The translations under genes and the position numbers were made by a program. From NCBI GenBank assembly GCA_046331285.1, contig JAXLRD010000013.1, positions 18,700 through 82,699 of the forward strand: a stretch of DNA of 64,000 nucleotides, given 5' to 3'. Under the pieces are notes generated by a model. That model saw nothing but the letters and a program-made list of their open reading frames with translations. It was not told the origin of the DNA and did no database searches. Positions 41,166-49,498 of the stretch are shown one piece after another. How positions within the stretch are numbered: the stretch's first letter is position 1; each line of letters opens with the position of its first letter. The DNA is from Vicinamibacteria bacterium. Its GTDB lineage: Bacteria > Acidobacteriota > Vicinamibacteria > Fen-336.

Positions 41166-42452
41166 TCAGGCCTTCGGCGAGCGCGGGACGAGCCGCCCGT
41201 CGTCGACGACGACGCGCCCGCCCTTGACGACCGCGCGAATCGCCGGGACGCCGACGCGCACGAGGTCGAGGAGGCGCGGCGAGCGCAGAACGACCATGTC
41301 GGCCCGTTTGCCGGGCTCGATCGAGCCCGCCTCGCCGTCGAGGTCGAGCGAGAAGGCCGCGTTCACCGTCACCGCCGCGAGCGCCTCCTCGAGCGAGAGG
41401 CCCATCGCGAAGCAGCCGATGGCCATCGCGAACGGCAGCGAGGGCGAGAGCCCGCCGCCGGGGTTCACGTCGGTGGCGAGAGCCACGGGCGCGCCGGCCT
41501 CGACGAGGGCGCGGGCGGGGGCGAAGCGGCCGAGGCGGAGGTAGAACGCGGCCGGGGGCAGGAGCGTCGCGACGCAGCGCGCCTCGGCCAGGGCCTTCAT
41601 GCCGGCCTCGGAGACGAAGACGAGGTGGTCGGCCGAGCGCGCGCCGAGCTCGGCCGCGAGCTCCGCGCCGCCCGTCGAGACGAACTCGTCGGCGTGGATC
41701 CGCAGCTTCATCCCGTGCTCGCGCGCGGCGAGGAGGATGCGCCGGCTCTCGTCCACGGTGAAGACGCCGCGCTCGCAGAACACGTCGGCGAACGACGCGA
41801 GGCGGCGGCGGGCGACCTCGGGCACCATCTCGCCGACGAGCGCGTCGACGTAGCGCTCGCGGTCGGCGCGGTGCTCGCGGGGGACCTCGTGGGCGCCGAG
41901 GAACGTCGGCACGACGGTCGAGGGGTGACGCGAGGCCGCCAGCCGGATCGCCTCGAGGCTGCGCAGCTCCGCCCCGGTCTCGAGGCCGTAGCCGCTCTTC
42001 ACCTCGGCCGTCGTCGTGCCGCAGAGCAGCATCTCGTCGAGCCGGCCCTCGACGAGCGCCGCCAGCTCGTCGACGGACGCGGACCGCGTGGCCTCCACGC
42101 TGCGGACGATGCCGCCGCCGCCGGCGGCGATCTCCTCGTAGGTGGCCCCGGCCAGCCGCCGACGGATCTCGTCGTCGCGGTCCCCGGCGAAGGCCAGGTG
42201 CGTGTGGGCGTCGACGAAGCCGGGCACGACGGCGGCGCCGGCGACGTCGAGAACGCGCGCGCCGGGAGCGAACGTCACCGTGCGGTCCACTTCGCCGTCG
42301 TCGCCGACCCACGCGATGCGCCCGCCCGCCACCGCCACCGCGGCGTTCTCGCGCAGGCCCAGGTCCCGCATCGCCGCGCCCGTGCGCGGCGCGGGGCCGG
42401 CGAGGGTCGCGAGCCGGCCGATGTTCCGCACGACGAGCGAGGCGGCGATCAC
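41166..42452 (-). CDS. hutI: imidazolonepropionase
   Basis: PGFVDAHTHL...TTAEVKSGYGL...LRIHADEF...ATDVNPG. GTG 42452 overlaps the yggU-like stop. Confidence 0.9.
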   Translation of the reverse strand: MIAASLVVRNIGRLATLAGPAPRTGAAMRDLGLRENAAVAVAGGRIAWVGDDGEVDRTVTFAPGARVLDVAGAAVVPGFVDAHTHLAFAGDRDDEIRRRLAGATYEEIAAGGGGIVRSVEATRSASVDELAALVEGRLDEMLLCGTTTAEVKSGYGLETGAELRSLEAIRLAASRHPSTVVPTFLGAHEVPREHRADRERYVDALVGEMVPEVARRRLASFADVFCERGVFTVDESRRILLAAREHGMKLRIHADEFVSTGGAELAAELGARSADHLVFVSEAGMKALAEARCVATLLPPAAFYLRLGRFAPARALVEAGAPVALATDVNPGGGLSPSLPFAMAIGCFAMGLSLEEALAAVTVNAAFSLDLDGEAGSIEPGKRADMVVLRSPRLLDLVRVGVPAIRAVVKGGRVVVDDGRLVPRSPKA

Positions 42453-42739
42453 GCGCCGAGCCTCGCGAGCGCGGCGGCCGTGGTCACCCCGGCCACGGCC
42501 ACCCGCTTGTCGCGCCCGGTCGCCCCCGCCACGACCCGCACGGCGGAGGGCGGCACGCCGAGGAGGCGCCCGAGGAAGCGCGCGAGGGCCTCGTTGGCCT
42601 TCCCCTCGACGGGCGGCGCCGTGAGCCTCACGACGAGGGCCCCCTCGCGCTCGCCGCCGAGCGCCTCCTTCGAGGCGCGCGGCTGCACCCGCACCCGCAG
42701 GATCACGCCGCCGTCGCCGTCGCGGACGTCGAGGGCCAT
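42449..42739 (-). CDS. yggU: DUF167 (YggU) family protein
   Basis: 96 aa. LRVRVQPRASKEAL...RLTAPPVEGKANEAL...FLG is the canonical DUF167 pattern. Confidence 0.88.
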   Translation of the reverse strand: MALDVRDGDGGVILRVRVQPRASKEALGGEREGALVVRLTAPPVEGKANEALARFLGRLLGVPPSAVRVVAGATGRDKRVAVAGVTTAAALARLGA

Positions 42740-42742
42740 CCC

Positions 42743-43246
42743 CTACTGCCCCGAGGCCTCCTCGCGGCGCTTCAGGAAGCGGAGGTTGTCCTCGAGCTCG
42801 GCCTCCTCCTGCAGGTCGAGGACGTGGGTGAGGCGCTGGAGGAGGGCGCGGATGTCGGTGCGGATGCCGGTGCGGTGAGCGCGCAGCTCGAGGATCCCCC
42901 GCTCCACCTCGTGCGCGCGGGCCTGGGCGAGCTCCAGCAGGCGGTCGCCCTGGATCTCGGCCTGCTTGACGACGGTGTCGGCCTCGCGGCGGGCGCTCTC
43001 GCGGATGTCCTCGGCCGCCTTCTGCGCGGTGAGGAGGGTGTTCTTGAGGATCGCCTCGCGCTCGCGGTGCTCGCCCACGATCTGCTCGAGGTGCCGCAGC
43101 TGCTGGTCGATCTGCTCCTTCTGCCGCTGGAGCAGCGCCATCTCCTCGGCCACCGCGGCGAGGAAGGCGCGCACCTCGTCCGGGTCGAACCCGCGGAACT
43201 TCGTCCCGAAGGTCTGCCGCTGGACGTCGGAAGGGGACAGCTTCAT
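42743..43246 (-). CDS. divIVA: DivIVA domain protein
   Basis: MKLSPSDVQRQTFGTKFRGFDPDEVRAFL followed by a coiled coil. Confidence 0.9.
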   Translation of the reverse strand: MKLSPSDVQRQTFGTKFRGFDPDEVRAFLAAVAEEMALLQRQKEQIDQQLRHLEQIVGEHREREAILKNTLLTAQKAAEDIRESARREADTVVKQAEIQGDRLLELAQARAHEVERGILELRAHRTGIRTDIRALLQRLTHVLDLQEEAELEDNLRFLKRREEASGQ

Positions 43247-43259
43247 GTCGTCCTCCGGC

Positions 43260-43592
43260 TCAGCCGATCACGACGGGGCCCGACCGGCCCCGGAGCACCA
43301 TGGCGTACTCGAGGATCGAGGGCACGATCGCGTACTGCGCGAACACGATGAGGCCGAGAAGCACGAGGAAGGCCACGTCGAGCGGGAAGTAGCGCAGGCT
43401 CGTCGGCAGCCGCCGGCGGATGAGCCGCATCGGCGGCTCGGTCACCGCGTAGAGGAAGCTCACGATCGGGTTGCGCGGATCGGCGCTGACCCACGAGGTC
43501 ACGGCACGGCCGAGGAGGATCCACCAGTACAGCCAGAGGACCATGTCGAGGACCTTCGCCAGCCCGACCAGGACGTTCGCCAGGACGAACAC
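43260..43592 (-). CDS. yggT: YggT family membrane protein
   Basis: 110 aa. WWILLGRAVTSWVSADPRNPIVSFLYAVTEPPMRLIRR is the YggT signature. GTG follows GGGGAGGAG. Confidence 0.88.
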   Translation of the reverse strand: MFVLANVLVGLAKVLDMVLWLYWWILLGRAVTSWVSADPRNPIVSFLYAVTEPPMRLIRRRLPTSLRYFPLDVAFLVLLGLIVFAQYAIVPSILEYAMVLRGRSGPVVIG

Positions 43593-43608
43593 GCCTACTC
43601 CTCCCCTC

Positions 43609-44307
43609 TCAAGCCGCCTTCTCCCGCTCGCCGAAGATCGCGGTGCCCACGCGGACGATCGTGGCGCCCTCCTCGACCGCCGCCTCGAAGTCGTGGCTCA
43701 TGCCCATCGACAGCTCACGGCCGTCGAGAAGCCCCGCTTCGCGGGCCTTCTCCGCCAGCGCCCGCAGCCGGCGGAAGTACGGCCGCACGGCGTCCACGTC
43801 GTCGAGGAACGGCGGCAGGAGCATGAGCCCCTCGACCGCGAGCCCGCTCGCGCGGCGGAGGGCCTCGAGCCCGGGCAGCAGCAGGCTCTCGTCGAGCCCG
43901 AACTTCGTCTCCTCCCCCGCGAGGTCCACCTGCACGAGCGCGCGGAGAGTGCGGCCGGCCTCGGCCGCGTGCCGCCCGAGCCTCTCGCCGAGGTCCACCG
44001 AGTCGACCGACTGCACGACGTCGAACAGGCTGGCCGCGCGGCGGGCCTTGTTCGACTGCAGGTGGCCGACGAGATGCCAGCGGAGCCCGGCCGCGGCGAG
44101 GTCCGCCGCGGCCTCGATCTTCCCCTCGGCCTCCTGCACCCGGTTCTCTCCGAAGTCGCGGACGCCGGCCGCGAACGCCTCGCGCACGGCCGACGTCGGG
44201 TGCGTCTTGCTCACCGCGACGAGGGTGACCCCGCCCGGCGGCCGTGCCGCGCGCTCCGCCGCCCGGGCGATGCGCTCCCGGACGGCGGCCACGCGATCGG
44301 CGATCAC
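43609..44307 (-). CDS. yggS: YggS family pyridoxal-phosphate homeostasis protein
   Basis: LVAVSKTHP...FGENRVQE...HLVGHLQSNK...LSMGMSHDFE. Confidence 0.92.
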   Translation of the reverse strand: MIADRVAAVRERIARAAERAARPPGGVTLVAVSKTHPTSAVREAFAAGVRDFGENRVQEAEGKIEAAADLAAAGLRWHLVGHLQSNKARRAASLFDVVQSVDSVDLGERLGRHAAEAGRTLRALVQVDLAGEETKFGLDESLLLPGLEALRRASGLAVEGLMLLPPFLDDVDAVRPYFRRLRALAEKAREAGLLDGRELSMGMSHDFEAAVEEGATIVRVGTAIFGEREKAA

Positions 44308-45224
44308 TTCTTGATGGCCTTCAGCAGCCCCTGGGCCGTGGCCACGTTCTGCGCCTCGGTCGGGTTCAGGCTGAGGTACTTCTCGAGGTTCGTGATCGCC
44401 TCGGGGATCTTGTTCTGGCCGACCATCAGCGTGCCCAGGCGGAAGTACGCCTCGGCCATGTTCGGGTCGGCGGCGACCGCCGCCTCGAAGGCCTTGATCG
44501 CGTCCTCGCTCTGGTTGGCGTTGAGGAGGTAGATGCCCTTGTTGAACTGCGCCTTCGGGTCGTTCGGGTTCTCTCCGGCCGCCTTCGTCATCAGCGCCAT
44601 GGCCTTGTCGCCCTGGCCGCTCTCGCGGTAGACGGCGGCGAGCGACGCGGTGATGTCGGCGGAGCCCGGGCGGAGCTCGAGGGCCTTGGTGTACGCCGCC
44701 TCGGCCGCGGGGTAGTCCTTCTTCTGCAGGTAGATCGAACCGAGGTTCTGGTGGACCTCCGGGACGTCGGGGCTCGTCTGGAGGATGACCTTGTACATCT
44801 CGGCCGCCTCGTCGAGCTTGCCGTCGCTCTGGGCCTTCACCGCCTCCATGAACTTCGTCTTCAGCTCGACGTTCTCGCCGGCGGCCTGGGAGGCGGGGGC
44901 GAGCTTGAACTGGGGCAGCTCGGTGGCGTCGCCGAGGCCGATGCGGTTCTCGCTGACCGCCGGGGCGAAGCCCTCCTTGGCCACGGTGAAGCGGTACGGC
45001 CCGGGCTGCATGCCGACCTGCATGAACTCGCCCTTCTTGTTCGTCTTCGTCTCGAACTTCCGCGTGATGCCGCCCTGGTACTCGATCGTGACCTTCGCGT
45101 CGACGACCGGCTGGCCCTTGTCGTCGACGACCTTGCCGCGGCAGGAGCCGGTCTGGGCCGAGGCGGGCGCGGTCACGAAGCCGAGGCCGATGAGGAAGAG
45201 GACGGCGACGAGTGCACGCTTCAT
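44304..45224 (-). CDS. secreted CarboxypepD_reg-like + TPR repeat protein
   Basis: ATG 45224 lies 7 nt after GGAGGA. Signal peptide MKRALVAVLFLIGLGFVTAPASA. CRGKVVDDKGQPV...beta-sandwich followed by 5 or more TPRs. It is Lys-rich and visibly lower in GC than its neighbours. Confidence 0.85.
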   Translation of the reverse strand: MKRALVAVLFLIGLGFVTAPASAQTGSCRGKVVDDKGQPVVDAKVTIEYQGGITRKFETKTNKKGEFMQVGMQPGPYRFTVAKEGFAPAVSENRIGLGDATELPQFKLAPASQAAGENVELKTKFMEAVKAQSDGKLDEAAEMYKVILQTSPDVPEVHQNLGSIYLQKKDYPAAEAAYTKALELRPGSADITASLAAVYRESGQGDKAMALMTKAAGENPNDPKAQFNKGIYLLNANQSEDAIKAFEAAVAADPNMAEAYFRLGTLMVGQNKIPEAITNLEKYLSLNPTEAQNVATAQGLLKAIKK

Positions 45225-45260
45225 GATGCGTTCCTCCACAAATGTGGCTCTAGTGTCTCA

Positions 45261-45935
45261 TCAAGCCGTTTCGTAGGGAATCGGGTCGGGGACCCCCGCC
45301 TCCCGGAACCCCCGCAGCCGCAGGCGGCAGGACTCGCAGCGGCCGCAGGCCTTCTCCTCGCCCTGGTAGCAGGACCACGTCAGCTCGAACGGCACGTGCA
45401 AGCCGAGACCGGTCTTGACGATACGGGCCTTCGTCATCTCGATGACCGGCGTCTCGACGACGATGGCCGCCTCCTTCTTCGTCCCCAGCCGGGCCGCCTC
45501 CTCGAAGGCGCGGTAGAACTCCGGCCGGCAGTCCGGGTAGCCGGAGGAGTCCTCCCACACGGCCCCGACGAAGACGGCCCGCGCCCCGAGGACCTCGGCC
45601 CAGGAGACCGCGGCCGAGAGGAGGTGCGCGTTGCGGAACGGGACGTACGAGGACGGCACGACCCCGTCGACCGGCTCCCCCTCCCGCACCGGGATCGAGC
45701 GGTCGGTCAGGCTGCTGCCCCCGATCTGCCGCAGCGCCGAGAAGTCGACGACCAGGCGCGCCACCGCTCCCATGCGATCGGCGAGCGCGTGGAAGCAGGC
45801 GAGCTCCCTCGCCTCGGTGCGCTGCCCGTAGTTCGCGTGGAGGAAGGCCACGCGGTGCTCGCGCGCGGCGAGGGCCGCGGTCACGGCCGAGTCCATCCCG
45901 CCGCTCACGCACACGACGGCGAGCGGTCGCTCCAT
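45261..45935 (-). CDS. queC: 7-cyano-7-deazaguanine synthase
   Basis: VVCVSGGMDS...SYVPFRN...CYQGEEKACGRCESCRLR. Confidence 0.93.
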   Translation of the reverse strand: MERPLAVVCVSGGMDSAVTAALAAREHRVAFLHANYGQRTEARELACFHALADRMGAVARLVVDFSALRQIGGSSLTDRSIPVREGEPVDGVVPSSYVPFRNAHLLSAAVSWAEVLGARAVFVGAVWEDSSGYPDCRPEFYRAFEEAARLGTKKEAAIVVETPVIEMTKARIVKTGLGLHVPFELTWSCYQGEEKACGRCESCRLRLRGFREAGVPDPIPYETA

Positions 45936-45936
45936 G

Positions 45937-46590
45937 TCACACCCCCCGCGTGGCCCGCGGCCACAGCAGCTTGTGCAGCTGCACCTGCAGCCGCACGGGA
46001 AGGCCGTCGTCGAGGATCCAGCGCCCGAGGTCGCCGGGGTCGAGGACGCCGTGCACGGCGGAGAAGAGCACCGTCGTGCGCTCCGCGAGGCCGCGCTGCC
46101 GGACGAGGTCGCGCGACCACTCGTAGTCGGCGCGGCCGTCGATCACGAACTTCGCCTCGTCCTTCGGCCCGAGGCGCTCGAGGTTCGCCCAGTGCATGCG
46201 GTGCGACTCCCCCGAGCCCGGCGTCTTCACGTCGAGAATCACGGCCGCCCGCGGGTCGAGCGGGGCGACGTCGACGTGGCCCGAGGTCTCGACCGTCACC
46301 TCCCAGCCCGCGTCGGCCGCGCGCCGGACGAGCTCGAACGCGCGGGGCTGGGCGAGCGGCTCGCCGCCGGTGAGGCAGAGAAGGCGCGTCGGAAGGGCCG
46401 CGATCTCGGCGAGCACGTCGTCCGTCTCGCGCCGGCGACCCTCGTGGAAGGCGTACGCCGTGTCGCACCAGACGCAGCGCAGGGGGCACCCGGTGAGGCG
46501 CACGAAGGCGCACGGCCGGCCGGCCCGCGTGCCCTCGCCCTGGATCGAGAAGAACACCTCGTTGACGACCAGGGGCGCGGAGGCGCTCAC
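45937..46590 (-). CDS. queE: 7-carboxy-7-deazaguanine synthase (radical SAM)
   Basis: NEVFFSIQGEGTRAGRPCAFVRLTGCPLRCVWCDT...LTGGEPL. GTG 46590 overlaps the queD stop (GTGA). Confidence 0.9.
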   Translation of the reverse strand: MSASAPLVVNEVFFSIQGEGTRAGRPCAFVRLTGCPLRCVWCDTAYAFHEGRRRETDDVLAEIAALPTRLLCLTGGEPLAQPRAFELVRRAADAGWEVTVETSGHVDVAPLDPRAAVILDVKTPGSGESHRMHWANLERLGPKDEAKFVIDGRADYEWSRDLVRQRGLAERTTVLFSAVHGVLDPGDLGRWILDDGLPVRLQVQLHKLLWPRATRGV

Positions 46591-47014
46591 GGCCGGAAGG
46601 TCGCGCTGCAGCCCGGCGCCTCCCACACCCGCACCCGCACCAGGCGCTCGCCCTCCTGGCCCATCGCCTTCCTCACCTCGTCGAAGAAGTAGCGGGCCAC
46701 CGCCTCGGCCGACGGGCTCTGGCCGGCGAAGTGCGGGTGCGAGGTGAAGTCGCCGTAGTGGAAGCGGCGGCAGACCCCCTGCGTCGCCTCCTTCAGGTGC
46801 TCGAAGTCGACGACGACGCCGAGCGCGTCGAGGGTCGGACCCGCCGCCACCACCTCGACGCGCCAGTCGTGGCCGTGGTTCGGCTCGATCGCGCGCCCCT
46901 GGTCGTGGAGGACGTGGGTGGCGCAGAACGTCGTCTCGTAGGCGACTTCGAACAAGGGGGCCCTCCGACCCATCATGGTGCCGCCGCGGCACGGGCCTGT
47001 CCAGCCCGGAGACG
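46450..47014. repeat. direct repeat copy A (about 565 bp): 5' 141 nt of queE + queD + upstream spacer
   Basis: Aligns base for base with 48905-49468, with scattered mismatches (mid-90s % identity by eye) and one 1-nt indel. Confidence 0.85.
46587..46976 (-). CDS. queD: 6-carboxy-5,6,7,8-tetrahydropterin synthase
   Basis: MMGRRAPLFEVAYETTFCATHVLH...PNHGHDW...SAEAVARYFF. 129 aa from ATG 46976. Confidence 0.9.
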   Translation of the reverse strand: MMGRRAPLFEVAYETTFCATHVLHDQGRAIEPNHGHDWRVEVVAAGPTLDALGVVVDFEHLKEATQGVCRRFHYGDFTSHPHFAGQSPSAEAVARYFFDEVRKAMGQEGERLVRVRVWEAPGCSATFRP

Positions 47015-47015
47015 C

Positions 47016-47021
47016 TAGAAT
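47016..47021 (+). promoter_or_regulatory. candidate -10 box TAGAAT 6 nt upstream of the GH92 GTG
   Basis: gacgcTAGAATgcgcccGTG, immediately after the end of repeat copy A. Confidence 0.35.
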
Positions 47022-47027
47022 GCGCCC

Positions 47028-48904
47028 GTGAGCTCGCGGCGCGCCGTCGCCATCGCCGCCGTCCTCCTCGGGGCCGCCGCGAGCGCCAGGGCCGCGCCGC
47101 CGCTCGTGCCGCTCGTCGATCCGCTCGTCGGCACGGCCCGCCGCGACCAGTCGATCGGCGCCGCGAACAGCGGGCAGACGTTCCCAGCTCGGCATGCCGT
47201 TCGGCATGACCCACTGGACGCCCCAGACGCAGGCGAGCGAGGACAAGTGCGTGGCCCCGTTCTACGCGCAGGACGACCGTTTCCAGGGCCTGCGCGCGTC
47301 CCACTGGTGGAGCGGGTCGTGCACGCAGGACTACGGCAGCGCGACCCTCGCCGCGACGACGGCCCTGCGGCTCGCGGCCGCGGCGCGGGGCGCGCCGTTC
47401 TCCCGCGCGGACGAGACCGCGACGCCGGCCTACTACGCGGTGACCCTGCGCTCCGAGGGCCTGAAGCTCGAGGTCACCGCGACCGCGTGCCCGCGGGCGT
47501 CGTGCGGGTGACGGCGCTGCGCGAAGCGGAGGTGACGCTCGCCCTCGGCGCGAACCGCCGCACGCGGGGCGCGATCGCAGGCGGCCGGGCGCGGGTGCGA
47601 CCCGGCGGCCGGACGCTCGCCCTCTCGAACCCCCGTCCAGCGGATCTACGCGGGCAGCGGGAAGCCGGCCGGCTTCGCCGGGCACGTCGTGGCGCTCGTC
47701 GACGCGCCGCTCGCGTCGTTCGGCGCGTGGCGGGGCGCGGCGGTCCTCCCGGGCGAGGCCGTCGCCGAGGGCGAAGGCGACGCGTTCGGCGCGTTCGCCC
47801 GGGTCCGGCCGCGCCGGCGAGTCGCTCGTGGTGCGGGCCGGCACGTCCTTCACGAGCGTCGAGGCCGCACGGCGCAACCTCGACGCCGAAGTCGCCGGCC
47901 GCGGCTTCGACGGGTGCGCGCGGAGACGGAGAGGGCGTGGGAGGAGGCCCTGTCCCGGGTGCGCGTCCGCGGCGGGACGCTCGAGGAGCGGCGCTCGTTC
48001 TACACGGCCCTCTACCACGCGCTGCTGCTCCCCCGACTGGCGAGCGACGTCGACGACGCCTACCCGCGCTTCGGCTGGCGGGAGGGCGACGCGCCCGCGG
48101 TCGAGCAGGGCCGCCGGCTTCGACTACTACGACGACTTCTCGCTGTGGGACACGTTTCGCGCCGAGCACCCTCTCCTCGTCCTGCTGCAGGGAGAGCGCG
48201 TGCCCCACCTCGCGCGCTCGCTCCTGGCCAAGGCCGAGCAGGGCGGATGGCTGCCCAACTTCCCGGCGTGGGGCAGCTACACGAGCGCGATGATCGGCGA
48301 CCACGGCGCGGCGGTCCTCGCCGACGCGTGGGCTAAGGGCGCCCGCGGCGCTGGGCGGTGAGGCCGCGCTGCGGGCCTCGTGCGCAACGCGACCGAACGG
48401 CCCGGCGACGCCGACTACGCGGACGGCCGGGGCCGCCGCGCGCCGCCGACTACCTCCGGCTCCGGCTTCATCCCGGTCGAGCAGGAGGTGGCCGAGGCGT
48501 TCCATCGGCGGGAGCAGGTCTCGCGGACGCTCGAGTACGCCTACGACGACTTCGCGATCGCGGCGCTCGCCCGGGCCCTCGGCCGCGCGGACGTCGCCGC
48601 GGAGTTCACGCGCCGGTCGCGGAACTGGCGGAACGTGCTCGACCCCGCGACCGGGTTCGTGCGGGGCCGCCACGCGGACGGCCACTGGGTCGACGCCGCC
48701 GACCCGGCCGCCGAGCAGCCGTGGATCACCGAGGGGACGCTGGCACTACACCTTCTTCGTCCCCCACGGCCTTGGCCGGCCTCGTCGAGGCGATGGGCGG
48801 CCGCGAGCGCTTCGTCGAGCGGCTCGACCAGCTTCTTCGCGGAGAAGCGCTACTGGCACGGCAACGAGCCGTCGCACCACATCGCGTACCTCTACGACTA
48901 CGCC
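47028..48904 (+). pseudogene. GH92 alpha-mannosidase-like gene, multiply frame-shifted and 3'-truncated
   Basis: GH92 blocks appear in alternating frames: signal + VDPLVGT..GQTFP (f0); MPFGMTHWTPQT (f1); SFTSVEAARRNLDAEV (f2); RSFYTALYHALLLP (f1); YDDFSLWDTFRAEHPLLVLL...MIGDHGAAVLADAW (f2); VSRTLEYAYDDFAIA (f2); GLVEAMGG (f1); HGNEPSHHIAYLYDYAG (f2). It stops abruptly at the repeat junction. Confidence 0.8.
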
Positions 48905-49045
48905 GGCGTACGCCGTGTCGCACCAGACGCAGCGCAGGGGGCACCCGGTGAGGCGCACGAAGGCGCAGGGCCGGCCGACCCGCGTGCCCTCGCCCTGGAT
49001 CGAGAAGAAGACCTCGTTGACGACGAGGGGCGCGGAGGCGCTCAC
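48905..49045 (-). pseudogene. queE 5' fragment (first 47 codons only)
   Basis: VSASAPLVVNEVFFSIQGEGTRVGRPCAFVRLTGCPLRCVWCDTAYA, after which similarity to queE ends at the junction with the GH92 remnant. Confidence 0.8.
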
Positions 49046-49468
49046 GGCCGGTAGGTCGCGCTGCAGCCCGGCGCCTCCCACACGCGCACCCGCACGAGGC
49101 GCTCGCCCTCCTCGCCCATCGCCTTCCTCACCTCGGTGAAGAAGTAGCGGGCCACGGCCTCGGCCGACGGGCTCTGCCCCGCGAAGTGCGGGTGCGAGGT
49201 GAAGTCGCCGTAGTGGAAGCGGCGGCAGACCTCCTGCGTCGCCTCCTTCAGGTGCTCGAAGTCGACGACGACGCCGAGCGCGTCGAGGCTCGGCCCCGCC
49301 GCCACCACCTCGACGCGCCAGTCGTGGCCGTGGTTCGGCTCGATCGCGCGCCCCTGGTCGTGGAGGACGTGGGTGGCGCAGAACGTCGTCTCGTAGGCGA
49401 CTTCGAACAAGGGGGCCTCCGACCCATCATGGTGCCGCCGCCGTCCGGGCGTGTCCAGCCCGGCGACG
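48905..49468. repeat. direct repeat copy B (partner of 46450-47014)
   Basis: See copy A. The left junction falls inside the GH92 reading frame, and the right end fades out about 30 nt before the next gene's stop. Confidence 0.85.
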
Positions 49469-49476
49469 GCCGCCAC
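49042..49476 (-). CDS. queD: queD paralogue (second copy); N-terminus altered by a 1-nt deletion
   Basis: About 125 codons, with 5 aa differences from copy 1. The ATGATG start of copy 1 is out of frame here (gggggcctcc versus gggggccctcc), so the only open frame begins at an upstream GTG (49476). Confidence 0.6.
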   Translation of the reverse strand: MAAVAGLDTPGRRRHHDGSEAPLFEVAYETTFCATHVLHDQGRAIEPNHGHDWRVEVVAAGPSLDALGVVVDFEHLKEATQEVCRRFHYGDFTSHPHFAGQSPSAEAVARYFFTEVRKAMGEEGERLVRVRVWEAPGCSATYRP

Positions 49477-49498
49477 GGACGCGCCGTGAGGACCCGGC

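Noticed and set aside
46450-49468. Direct repeats as the ends of an insertion sequence or transposon
   Set aside because: The repeats are duplicated que gene sequence rather than terminal inverted repeats. No transposase or integrase is present and I can see no target-site duplication. I reported this as a duplication/rearrangement instead.
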